A stretch of 64,000 nt of DNA from the NCBI GenBank assembly GCA_964291495.2, contig OZ219871.1:608001-672000 (forward strand). The letters are read 5' to 3'. The notes under the pieces are model-generated. The model was given only the letters and a program-made list of their open reading frames with translations. It made no database searches and was not told the origin of the DNA. The position numbers and the translations under genes were made by a program. Every line of letters starts with the position of its first letter. Position 1 is the stretch's first letter. Below are positions 45,213-54,373 of this stretch, piece after piece. Source of the stretch: Dehalococcoidia bacterium. GTDB taxonomy: Bacteria > Chloroflexota > Dehalococcoidia > UBA2979.

Positions 45213-46112
45213 TTACTCGCCGCGGAGGCGCGGGTCCAGGATGTCGCGCAGCGCGTCGCCGGCGAGGTTCCAGCTCAGTACGGTGAGGCTGATGAACACG
45301 CCCGGCCAGATCGCGAACCAGGGAGCGGACAGGAAGTAGACCCGCGCGGTCCCGCTCAACATGCTGCCCCAGGCCGGCGCCGGCGGCGGGACGCCGACGC
45401 CGAGGAAGCTCAACGTGGCCTCCGCCAGTACTGCCGCGGCCATGCTGATGCTGGTCAGGATGATCACAATCGGCATCAGGTTGGGGAGGATGTGCCGGAA
45501 GGCGATCCGCAGGTTTCCCGCTCCGATGGTGCGGGCCGCCTCCACGTAGTCGCGCTCCTTGAGGGAGAGGACCGCCGCCCGCACGATCCGGCTCGTGGCC
45601 GGAATGAAGCCGATGCCGATCGCGATGATCGTTTGCCTGAGTCCCGGACCGAGTGCCGCGATGATGGTGAGCACGAAGATGAGGCCCGGGAAGGCGAGCC
45701 AGGCGTCCATGATCCGCTGGACGACGAGATCGAACGTCCGGCCTGCGTAGCCGCTTGCGAGCCCGACACACATCCCCAGGAAGGTTCCGATCGTGACGGC
45801 GCCGATTCCAACAGCGAGCGAGATTCTGGAGCCATGGATGATTCGGCTCCAGAGGTCCCGCCCGAGGTTGTCGGTGCCCATCAAGTGGCTTTGCGTCGGC
45901 GCCGCGAGGATCGCGCTCGTGTCCTGCTCGAGGGGACCGTAGGGCGACACGACATCGGCGAAGAGCGCCATGAAGACGAGCGCCAGCAGGAGCAGCGCGG
46001 CGACTGCGCCCAGCGGCTTCCGCCGCGCAAGTCGCCCCACCTTCCGCACGGAGGAGTCTGTACGAGATAGCATGCCTTCCGAGGCGCGGAGCCCTCGCGG
46101 TGCTGTGGCCAT
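45213..46112 (-). CDS. Dpp/Opp-type ABC transporter permease (DppC-like)
   Basis: GTDNLGRD, DYVEAARTIGA, HILPN, EATLSFLG, WGSML. Confidence 0.93.
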   Translation of the reverse strand: MATAPRGLRASEGMLSRTDSSVRKVGRLARRKPLGAVAALLLLALVFMALFADVVSPYGPLEQDTSAILAAPTQSHLMGTDNLGRDLWSRIIHGSRISLAVGIGAVTIGTFLGMCVGLASGYAGRTFDLVVQRIMDAWLAFPGLIFVLTIIAALGPGLRQTIIAIGIGFIPATSRIVRAAVLSLKERDYVEAARTIGAGNLRIAFRHILPNLMPIVIILTSISMAAAVLAEATLSFLGVGVPPPAPAWGSMLSGTARVYFLSAPWFAIWPGVFISLTVLSWNLAGDALRDILDPRLRGE

Positions 46113-46140
46113 CACCCTTCCCCTCGCGCGGTCGCCGGAC

Positions 46141-47109
46141 CTACTCGTAGCGGATCCGCGGATCCAGGAACCCGTAGCTGAGATCCACAACCAGGTTGGT
46201 GAACAGGAATCCGAGCGCGGCGAACAGCACCGCGGACTGGACCACCGGGTAGTCGCGCTGATTGATCGCCGTGAGGATGAACTGGCCGACGCCCGGAAGC
46301 CCGAACACGTTCTCGATCACGACTGACCCGCCGATCAGGCCGCCGATCTGCAGACCGATCACCGTCACTACGGGGATCAGGCTGTTGCGGAGCACGTGCC
46401 GGTAGATCACCACGCGCTCGGTCAGGCCCTTGGAGCGGGCCGTGCGGACGTAGTCCTGGCGCAGCACCTCCAGCACCTCCGACCTCGACATTCGCATGAT
46501 CGACGCGGAGAGCGACCAGCCGAGGGTGAGGCTGGGTAACGCGAATTTCTCGAGGTTCTCGGCGGGGTTGTCGAGGAACGAGGTGTAGCCGGGTGGCGCC
46601 AGATAGTTCCACCACAGCGCGGGTAACAGGATCACGAGCAGGGCGATCCAGAAGTTCGGCAGCGACAGCCCGAGGATCCCGATCAGCCTGCCGACGTAGT
46701 CGACCGGCGAGTCCTGGTACACCGCGGAAACCACGCCCACCACGAGTCCGGTGGCAATCGCCACGCTGATACTCATCACGAGCAACTCGATCGTGACGGG
46801 GAGGCGCCGGCGCATCTCGCTGATCACCGTCTTGCGCGTCCAGTAGGAGGTTCCGAAGTCCAGCCTCGCCATCTCCGCCACCCAGACTGCGTACTGGACG
46901 AAGATCGGCTCGTGGATGCCCAGTTCGCGGCGCAGCTCGTCGATGACCTCGGGGTCGGTCTCCCCCTCCAGTATCAGGTCGTCGCCGGTGTAGGCCTGCA
47001 GCAGCGCGGCGTCGCCGGGCATGAGCCGGACGAGCAGGAAGAGGATCACCGACAGGCCGACGAGGGTGGGGATCATCGCGACGAGCCTGCGCACAATGTA
47101 CTGCGTCAC
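46141..47109 (-). CDS. Dpp/Opp-type ABC transporter permease (DppB-like)
   Basis: YIVRRL, MPGD, DYVRTARSKGL, HVLRNSLIP, RDYPVVQ, LDPRIRY. Confidence 0.93.
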   Translation of the reverse strand: MTQYIVRRLVAMIPTLVGLSVILFLLVRLMPGDAALLQAYTGDDLILEGETDPEVIDELRRELGIHEPIFVQYAVWVAEMARLDFGTSYWTRKTVISEMRRRLPVTIELLVMSISVAIATGLVVGVVSAVYQDSPVDYVGRLIGILGLSLPNFWIALLVILLPALWWNYLAPPGYTSFLDNPAENLEKFALPSLTLGWSLSASIMRMSRSEVLEVLRQDYVRTARSKGLTERVVIYRHVLRNSLIPVVTVIGLQIGGLIGGSVVIENVFGLPGVGQFILTAINQRDYPVVQSAVLFAALGFLFTNLVVDLSYGFLDPRIRYE

Positions 47110-47254
47110 TCGCGCACCGCCCGCTCTCTACCGAGTATGCGGCATGTCGCACGCGCCGACGGCTCGCGCGACGCTGCCGGCACGGCTCCGGGACGAACCG
47201 GCCGTGGCTCCCCTCGAACCCGTCTCGGTCATCCTTCCCGAGTGGACTTGATGT

Positions 47255-47294
47255 CACAGCGGGGCGAGCAGGCTCAGGTGCTCGCCCCGCTGTG
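47255..47294 (-). terminator. Perfect 16-bp stem-loop just downstream of the substrate-binding protein gene
   Basis: CACAGCGGGGCGAGCA-ggctcagg-TGCTCGCCCCGCTGTG. Confidence 0.65.
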
Positions 47295-47314
47295 TCGATG
47301 GCCTGACCCGTTGG

Positions 47315-49183
47315 TCAGGACAGCCTGTTCTCCGGCGCCTCCTTGACGTCCATCCAGATCCAGCTCGGGTTCATGATCGACTGCCGCTGCGCGCGGTTGT
47401 CACGCCAGTCGTACACCCAGGGCTGCCACATCCTGATCAGCGACGGCGCCGAGATGGAAGCCCAGAGCACTCCGTCGATCATCGCTTGCTCGAGCTGCTG
47501 GAAGATCGCACCGCGCGCCTCCATGTCGAACTCCACCTTCGCAGCGTCGATCAGGGAGTCGATCTTGGGGTCGTTGTACCCACGGGACTTGGCGCCGGCG
47601 CCGCTGGAGTGGTACTGCGCAACCGCGGTGCTGGGCCGCGCGACGCCACCGGCAAGGTGGACGTACATGCCGTCGATCTCGGCGGGCTGCGCGCCTATCG
47701 CCTTACCGTACGAGGCCGTGTCCATCGGCACCAGGGTAAGGTCCATCCCCAGCACTTCCTTCAGCTGCGGCTGCACGGCTTCCCCGTAGACAGGCGCAAC
47801 CGCGAGCCGGGTGTTGAACACGAGGTCCGCACTCAGACCGTCCGCGAAGCCGGCAGCGGCCATCAGCTTCACTGCCTCGGCCCGGTCTTCGTCTTTCTCC
47901 GCGCGATATCCGGGCTGCTGGAGCAGCTCCGCGTTCGTGAGCGTGTACCCCACCCGCTCGATCGTCATCGGCCCGGAGATCACGCCGTCGCCGAAGTTTG
48001 CGGCGGCGTCCACGTCCTGGCGGCTGATCGCCAGATGCACGGCCTGCCGGACCCGGAGATCGCCGAACGGCGGCCGGTGCTGGTTGAAGCCAATGCCGTA
48101 GATGTAGTCCGAAGGGAAGCCGCTCGTGTTCGCCTCCGGTACGGCGTCCAGGATCGGCTTCGCCTGGATGCGGTCGTTGCGGCTCAGGATGTCGAGCTCG
48201 CCCGCGATGAACGAGGCCGACTGCGTCGCGTCGTCGCCCGGAGAGATGCGCAGCCCGTCGAGGTAGGGCCTGCCCACCTCGCCGCCGGGATGCCCACCGC
48301 CCCAGTAGTCCTCGAAGCGGGTGACCGTCGTGACCGAGTCCGCCTGCCAGTCCTTGACGCGGAACGGTCCGGTGCCGGCGGACTCGCTCGAGAAGTCGAG
48401 GCCCGCGGCCTCGGCGCTCCTCGGCATGATCGCGACCTGCGAGATGTACGAGTTCACCGCCTCGAGGAACTCGGCGTTCGGACCCGGCGAAACCAGCCTG
48501 ATCGACTGCGCGTCAACGACTTCGAACCCCGCGATGAATCGCTTCCAGTTGTTCCGGATCGCGTCTTCCGCGGTCGCCCGCTCGTACGTGAACCCCACGT
48601 CGTCGGCGCTCAGCGTCGCTCCGTTGTGGAACTTCACGCCCTGGCGGATCGACAGGGTGTACGTGACGTCGTCCTGCTGTTCCCAGCTCTCCGCGAGCCA
48701 GGGGACGATGCTGTAGGGGCTGCGCCACTCCTCGTTGGTGAAGTCCGTGTTGAGGAGCGACTCGTAGAACATCTTGCCCATGATCGTGTTGATGCCGACC
48801 GAGGTGTCGGTGTAGTAGGGGTCGATGTTCGTGCCCTGGTAGCCGGCGGGCTGAATGAACTGCAGGAAGCCGCCGTGCTTCGTGGCCACCTCCGGCGCGG
48901 CAGTCGCCGTCGGCGTGGCGGCCTGCAATGCAGGCGTTGGGGTGGGGGTGGCAGCGGGGGCCTCGGTAGCGGCCGGGGCCTCAGTGGCGGCGGCCGGAGC
49001 CTCGGTAGCAGCCGGTGCGGCCGTGGCGGCGGGGGCCGCCGGGGCGTCGTCATCGTCGTCGTCGCCGCAGCCGATGATCGCCGCAAGGCCGAGCCCGAAA
49101 CCGCCGATGGCGGTCGATTTGAGCAGGCGGCGTCGCGAGAGTAGACCGAGATAGCCCGCGGAACTCGTGGTCTCGTTCTTCAT
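47315..49183 (-). CDS. ABC substrate-binding protein (family 5), Tat lipoprotein
   Basis: SRRRLLK Tat motif, IIGC lipobox, PWLAESW, GVKFHNG, GTGPF, PPFGDLRVRQA. Confidence 0.92.
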   Translation of the reverse strand: MKNETTSSAGYLGLLSRRRLLKSTAIGGFGLGLAAIIGCGDDDDDDAPAAPAATAAPAATEAPAAATEAPAATEAPAATPTPTPALQAATPTATAAPEVATKHGGFLQFIQPAGYQGTNIDPYYTDTSVGINTIMGKMFYESLLNTDFTNEEWRSPYSIVPWLAESWEQQDDVTYTLSIRQGVKFHNGATLSADDVGFTYERATAEDAIRNNWKRFIAGFEVVDAQSIRLVSPGPNAEFLEAVNSYISQVAIMPRSAEAAGLDFSSESAGTGPFRVKDWQADSVTTVTRFEDYWGGGHPGGEVGRPYLDGLRISPGDDATQSASFIAGELDILSRNDRIQAKPILDAVPEANTSGFPSDYIYGIGFNQHRPPFGDLRVRQAVHLAISRQDVDAAANFGDGVISGPMTIERVGYTLTNAELLQQPGYRAEKDEDRAEAVKLMAAAGFADGLSADLVFNTRLAVAPVYGEAVQPQLKEVLGMDLTLVPMDTASYGKAIGAQPAEIDGMYVHLAGGVARPSTAVAQYHSSGAGAKSRGYNDPKIDSLIDAAKVEFDMEARGAIFQQLEQAMIDGVLWASISAPSLIRMWQPWVYDWRDNRAQRQSIMNPSWIWMDVKEAPENRLS

Positions 49184-49305
49184 GTGTGTGCACCCCTCTC
49201 CGAGCGACCCGCTGAGTCACTTCACGATGCGCGCGTGCGCGCGGTGACTCGGGCTCGGCAGCTTGCTGGACTCTCTAGATGTAGTCGCCTCCCTCGTGAT
49301 GCGGT

Positions 49306-49368
49306 TAGCGAGCGCCCGCTATATGCGCGCGCGTGGTATGCCTACCACCCACGCGGTAAGGGTGTCAA
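49306..49368 (-). promoter_or_regulatory. Promoter TTGACA-N18-TAGGCA plus operator TAGCGGGCGCTCGCTA (49306-49321)
   Basis: Read directly on the minus strand. Confidence 0.68.
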
Positions 49369-49478
49369 GACTCGCGCGGCCTGCAGAGCGCCCGGCGGCG
49401 GGGCCCGGACGGAGGCGAGAGCGGCGCCTGCGCTACTCTGAATGGAGCATCGCTCCGAGCAGCCGAGGGATCAGTTCC

Positions 49479-51110
49479 ATGCCCAGGCGCCTGCTCGCAG
49501 TCGCCCGTCCCGCCCTCGCCGCCGTCGCGCTGCTGGCCGCCGCGTGCGGCGGGGCCGGCGAGCTGGAGGAAGCCGCTCCGCCGCCCGCTACCGCTGCGCC
49601 CGAGACCCCGGCGGAGCCCCGCCAGACCCCCGAGGCGACGCCGGCCGCCGTCGGCGAGACGCCGGCAGCGGCCACGTCTGAGCCCGAGGCTCCGGCAGCA
49701 GCCGGGGAGGCGGCCGATGCCTCGCCGATCGGCGACGGCGAGGCGCTGGACCTGATGGGCAGCCTCGCCGGCGAGCAGGCTTCACCCTCCGCCCGGGACG
49801 CCCTCGATCGCGTCCTCGCGGCCGCCGACGAGCGCTTCGTCGCGGTGCTGATCGAGGTGATGTGGGCGCGCGGGGTCGGGCTCGTCGCCGAGGGGCCCGC
49901 TCCCGAGGAGTACGCGGCGGCCCTGACGCAACTCACCGGCGAGGAGTTCGGCCCGAGTTATCGGCGCTGGTCCGTGTGGTACGGCGCGACCTCGATCGTG
50001 CCGCCGCCCGGCTACACGAGCTGGAAGGGCAGGCTGCTCTCCGGGATCGACGAGGGCTTCGCCGCCTTCCTCCAGGACGGCCACCCCGCGACCATCCGCA
50101 CGGAGGAGATCGTCTGGGGCGGCGTGCCCATCGACGGCATCCCGCCGCTGGACAGCCCCGCGACGGTCGCGCCGGACGGGGCCCACATCGAGCTCGCCGA
50201 TGCCGTGTTCGGCATCGTCGTCAACGGCGAGGCGCGAGCCTATCCGCTGCGGATCATGGACTGGCACGAGTTGGTGAACGACGTGGTCGGCGGCGTCCCG
50301 GTCTCCCTCGCCTACTGCCCGCTCTGCGGCTCCGGCATCGCCTATGACGGCCGGGCTCCCAACGGCCAGACCTACACCTTCGGCACGTCCGGCCTGCTCT
50401 ACCGCAGCAACAAGCTGATGTACGACCGGGTGACCCGCACGCTCTGGAACCAGTTCACCGGCGAGCCCGTCCTCGGGGCTCTCGCGGCCGAGCGCGACCG
50501 CGAGGGCGGACCGCTGCGGCTCTCGCTGCTCTCCCTCGTCGTGACCACCTGGGGGGACTGGCTCGCGCAGCACCCGGAGACGACAGTCCTCGATATCAAC
50601 ACCGGCTTCTCGCGGCCCTACGAGCCGGGCTTGCCCTACGGCAACTATTTCCAGAGCCGGGGCACGATGTTCCCGATCTGGAGCCGCAGCGACCTGGTGA
50701 GCGCCAAGGACTTTGTCTACGGACTGCGCATCGGCGCGGACCGCAAGGCCTACCCGTTCCTCGCACTCACCGAGGAGGTCGTCGTGAACGACACGGTCGG
50801 CGAGCGGCCGGTGCTGCTCGTCGCGGCCCGTGGCGAGGTGATCACCGAGGGCGTGCACCGCGAGCCGCCCAGCCCCAACGCCTACTACTCGGGCGCGGAG
50901 GTTCGCGCCTTCGAGCGCGGCGACCGCACGTTCACCGCCGGCGCCGATCCCGACACCCTGCGCGACGCCGCCGGCGGCGTGTGGCGGGTCACGGAGGAGG
51001 CCGTGCTCGGACCGAACGGCGAGCGCCTCGAGCGGATCGCGGGGCACCTCGCGTACTGGTTCGGCTGGTACAGCTTCTACCCGGAGACGGAGGTGTACGG
51101 GCTCGATTAG
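49479..51110 (+). CDS. DUF3179-domain lipoprotein (Cys form)
   Basis: Lipobox AAAC; [56 protein letters not shown]. Confidence 0.9.
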   Translation: MPRRLLAVARPALAAVALLAAACGGAGELEEAAPPPATAAPETPAEPRQTPEATPAAVGETPAAATSEPEAPAAAGEAADASPIGDGEALDLMGSLAGEQASPSARDALDRVLAAADERFVAVLIEVMWARGVGLVAEGPAPEEYAAALTQLTGEEFGPSYRRWSVWYGATSIVPPPGYTSWKGRLLSGIDEGFAAFLQDGHPATIRTEEIVWGGVPIDGIPPLDSPATVAPDGAHIELADAVFGIVVNGEARAYPLRIMDWHELVNDVVGGVPVSLAYCPLCGSGIAYDGRAPNGQTYTFGTSGLLYRSNKLMYDRVTRTLWNQFTGEPVLGALAAERDREGGPLRLSLLSLVVTTWGDWLAQHPETTVLDINTGFSRPYEPGLPYGNYFQSRGTMFPIWSRSDLVSAKDFVYGLRIGADRKAYPFLALTEEVVVNDTVGERPVLLVAARGEVITEGVHREPPSPNAYYSGAEVRAFERGDRTFTAGADPDTLRDAAGGVWRVTEEAVLGPNGERLERIAGHLAYWFGWYSFYPETEVYGLD

Positions 51111-51170
51111 TGGCGGTTCCGGCGAGAGCGGGCCGTGCGCCCTCGGCGCAGGGGCCGGCGTGCGCTGTGA

Positions 51171-51226
51171 TTGACATCGCCGGGCCGCCCATAGTAAACG
51201 TGGTCAACCTGAACGCCCGCTCAGTT
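51171..51226 (+). promoter_or_regulatory. Promoter TTGACA-N18-TAAACG plus degenerate operator ACCTGAACGCCCGCTCAGTT
   Basis: Same promoter geometry; weaker palindrome. Confidence 0.55.
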
Positions 51227-51332
51227 GTGCCCCGATGCGGCCTCGATCGCGCGGGAGCACGGGCGCGGATCGCCCACCGGCGGGCGGCAGGAACCGAACC
51301 TGGCAGGTACGCAGCAGAGTCCGGAGGGTGCA

Positions 51333-52559
51333 ATGGCGGATCAGCGACTCGCAGTTGTCGGCATCGGCGGCACTCCCTACGGCAACGCCGAGGGCTACCC
51401 GGTGACCAGCCTGCACGTGGAGGCGGCGAAGCGGGCGATGGACGACGCCGGCCTCAGCAAGCGCGACATCGACGGCCTCATCGTGTGCGACCACAGCCCG
51501 GACGTGAAGACGGCCTACCGCACCGCCGAGCACATGGGCATGGCCACCTGGCCGAAGCAGTTCCTGACGGCGGTGACCAACGGCGGCGTCGCCGCCGCGA
51601 TGGCCAACGATCTGGCGGCCCACGCCCTCAGGAGCGGCGAGGCCACCAACGTGCTCATCGTGGGCGGCGGGTCCGGGCGCGTGCGCCGCCAGGCGCAGGC
51701 GTCCCTAGCTCCCACGACCCCGGCCCAGTCCTATGTCGAGCGGGTCGCGGGACGCGGCCAGGAGACGATGTCCCTCGAGTTCGACGTGCCCTATGGCCCG
51801 TTCGGCGTCATCTCCTTCTACGCGCTGGCGGCCCAGCGCCACATGTACGAGTACGGCACGACCTCCGAGCAGATGGCGGCCGTCTCGGTGGCCTGTCGCA
51901 AGCACGCCTACATGAACCCCCGGGCCATGAAGCGAGAGCCGATCACGATCGATGACGTGATCAACTCGCCCTACATCTGCGAGCCGTTCCACCTGCTCGA
52001 CTGCTGCCTGCCCGCGGGCGGATCGGACGCCTACATCGTCACGACCGAGGACCGCGCGAGGGATCTGCGGCACCCGCCGATCTGGATGGACGGCATCGGG
52101 CACGCCCACTCGGCCTACCACACCGGGCTGCTCTGCACCCGCTCCGACTACGGGTTCGACATGATCCGGCAGGTGGGCAAGGTGGCGGGCGAACGCGCCT
52201 TCGCCCAGGCCGGGATCGAGCCCAAGGACGTCGACCTCGTGCAGCTGTACGACAGCTTCACCATGACCGTGCTGATGCAGCTCGAGGACTTCGGCTTCGC
52301 GCCCAAGGGCGAGGGCGGCCCCTTCGCCGAGGGCGGCCGCCTCGAGCTTGGAGGCGAGCTCCCGCTCAACACCAACGGCGGCATGCTCTCCATGGGTCAG
52401 TCCGGCGTGGGCTCCACGGTGATGTTCATGAACGAGGCCGTGGCGCAGCTGCGAGGAGACTGCGGCGAGCTGCAGGTCGCCGACGCCAAACACGCGCTGG
52501 TGGGCAGCGTCTCGGGCACCATGAGCAACTACGGCGCCACGATCTTCGCCGCCGACTGA
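51333..52559 (+). CDS. Thiolase-fold protein (no nucleophilic Cys)
   Basis: LAVVGIGGT, TNGGVAA, FHLLDCC, YDSFT, LNTNGGMLSMG; GGAGG RBS. Confidence 0.88.
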   Translation: MADQRLAVVGIGGTPYGNAEGYPVTSLHVEAAKRAMDDAGLSKRDIDGLIVCDHSPDVKTAYRTAEHMGMATWPKQFLTAVTNGGVAAAMANDLAAHALRSGEATNVLIVGGGSGRVRRQAQASLAPTTPAQSYVERVAGRGQETMSLEFDVPYGPFGVISFYALAAQRHMYEYGTTSEQMAAVSVACRKHAYMNPRAMKREPITIDDVINSPYICEPFHLLDCCLPAGGSDAYIVTTEDRARDLRHPPIWMDGIGHAHSAYHTGLLCTRSDYGFDMIRQVGKVAGERAFAQAGIEPKDVDLVQLYDSFTMTVLMQLEDFGFAPKGEGGPFAEGGRLELGGELPLNTNGGMLSMGQSGVGSTVMFMNEAVAQLRGDCGELQVADAKHALVGSVSGTMSNYGATIFAAD

Positions 52560-52614
52560 GGCGGTCGGCGGAAACACCAGCCACGGCCCGCGCGAGTAGC
52601 GAAACGGAAGAACG

Positions 52615-53061
52615 ATGGCGACCGACAGCGACGCAGGATCCGCCGAGTACCGCAGAGAGATCCCGATCCCCAGCCCCGTCTCGCAGCCCTACTGGGATGC
52701 CTGCCGGCGGCATGAACTGAGAGGGCAGCGCTGCCGCACGTGCAACTGGCTCTGGATGTATCCGAGCCGCATGTGCCACAACCCGGACTGCAACACCCTG
52801 GACGACTACGACTGGGAGCAACTGGCCGGGACCGGCACGGTCTGGACCTTCACCGTCAACCATCGCGCCCCCAACGCCGAGTGGGAGGACGACCTGCCCT
52901 ACGTCTTCGGAGTGATCGAGCTGGACGAGGGCGTCATGATCACCAGCAACGTGATCGGCTGCGACCCGAGCGAGGTGCACATCGGCATGCCCGTGGAGGT
53001 GGTCTTCGAGGACGTCTCCGACGAGATCTCCCTGCCGAAGTTCAGGCCGCGCTCGACCTGA
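52615..53061 (+). CDS. DUF35 Zn-ribbon/OB-fold protein
   Basis: PYWDA, CRTC...CHNPDC, PYVFGVIELDEG, IGMPVEVVF. Confidence 0.92.
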   Translation: MATDSDAGSAEYRREIPIPSPVSQPYWDACRRHELRGQRCRTCNWLWMYPSRMCHNPDCNTLDDYDWEQLAGTGTVWTFTVNHRAPNAEWEDDLPYVFGVIELDEGVMITSNVIGCDPSEVHIGMPVEVVFEDVSDEISLPKFRPRST

Positions 53062-53101
53062 CGCCGCGCGGACGGGACTGGGTAGGCCGGGCTGGGCGGC
53101 G

Positions 53102-54325
53102 CTAGTCGCGCTGCAGAATCGTGCACCCGAAGTTGGAGGCCACGCCCGAGGCGCCTCCGATGCAGACCATCGGCTTCTCCGCGGCCTGCCGCTCGCCCGC
53201 CTCGCCGCGCGCCTGCGAGATACCCTCGTACATTACCGCGAGGGTCCCGTTGCCCGACTGACCTTCCGAGAGCAGGCCGCCGTGCGTGTTGAGCGGCAAC
53301 TCGCCCCCGAGCTCGATGCGCCCGCCCTCGACGAAGGGACCGCCCTCGCCCTTCCCGCAGAAGCCGAAGTCCTCGATCGCCAGCAGGGCCGTGGTCGTGA
53401 AGCTGTCGTAGACCTGCAGACAGTCGATGTCGCTGCGCGAGACGCCGGCCTCGCCGAAGGCCTGGTCCCCGGCCATCTTGCCGACCGTCCGCACGATGTC
53501 GAAGCCCTCCGGAGACGGCGTACAGAGGTTGCCGACGTGGTAGTAGGACATGCCGTGCCCGGCCCCGAGGATCCAGACCGGAGGCTTTGGGCTGTCGTGC
53601 GCTCGCTCCTCCGAAGTCACGATGTAGGCGGTGGCAAAGCCGGGGGCGATGTAGGCGCAGTCGAGCAGGTGGTGCGGCCAGCTGATCCAGCGCGAGGTCA
53701 TGACATCCTCGATTGTGATCGGGTCGCGCAGGCAGGCGCGCTCGTTCATCGTCGCGTGCTTGCGGCAGGCCACGGCGATGGCCGCCAGTTGCTCGCTCGT
53801 GGTCCCGAACTCGTACATGTGCCTGGCCGCCACCGGGGCGTATATCGAATAGGCCCCACCCGTCCCGTAGGGCATCTCCCAGTCGTACGGGTGGGGGCTG
53901 CGCATCGACTCCCGGTAGGGCCGGACGGCGGCGCCGAAGGTGCGGCCGCGTCCGATGTAGTTTTCGCGGCCCCTGCCGCCGTCGAGCACCATCACGTAGT
54001 TGGCGAGGCCCTGCTCCAGATACCAGCGGGCCTGGTTGTTGGCGTAGCCGCTGCTCATCCCGCCGGTGTGCGGCAGGTCGATGACCTTCGCGTAGTTCCC
54101 GAAGCCCAGGTACTCGGCGAAGCGGTACTGCAACCTGGGGTCGGACCCGAATCCGGCCACCTGCGTGGTGATGATGCCGTCGATGTCGCTCTTCCGGAGG
54201 CCGGCGTCCTCGATAGCCGTCCTGGCTGCCCGGGCCAGCAGTTCGGGGACGGTGTGTCCTTCGACGTTGAAGCCGGTGGTCCGGGCCGCACCGACGATCG
54301 CCGCCTGTCTCGACAAGTTCGCCAT
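53102..54325 (-). CDS. Thiolase-fold protein (close paralog of 42927-44150)
   Basis: Long identical stretches shared with 42927-44150, e.g. QVAGFGSDPRLQYRFAEYLGFG. Confidence 0.9.
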   Translation of the reverse strand: MANLSRQAAIVGAARTTGFNVEGHTVPELLARAARTAIEDAGLRKSDIDGIITTQVAGFGSDPRLQYRFAEYLGFGNYAKVIDLPHTGGMSSGYANNQARWYLEQGLANYVMVLDGGRGRENYIGRGRTFGAAVRPYRESMRSPHPYDWEMPYGTGGAYSIYAPVAARHMYEFGTTSEQLAAIAVACRKHATMNERACLRDPITIEDVMTSRWISWPHHLLDCAYIAPGFATAYIVTSEERAHDSPKPPVWILGAGHGMSYYHVGNLCTPSPEGFDIVRTVGKMAGDQAFGEAGVSRSDIDCLQVYDSFTTTALLAIEDFGFCGKGEGGPFVEGGRIELGGELPLNTHGGLLSEGQSGNGTLAVMYEGISQARGEAGERQAAEKPMVCIGGASGVASNFGCTILQRD

Positions 54326-54373
54326 TGGTCTCCTCCGGTGGTGTGGGTCGCCGGTACGCGTGGCCGGGACAGG

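Noticed and set aside
48890-49070. Ala/Pro/Thr (ATEAPA) and poly-Asp repeats; similar tracts near 10270, 10730 and 49580
   Set aside because: Ordinary low-complexity lipoprotein linkers
10620-51110. Selenocysteine read-through in the DUF3179 genes
   Set aside because: Both CxxC motifs use TGC codons and the ORFs are uninterrupted
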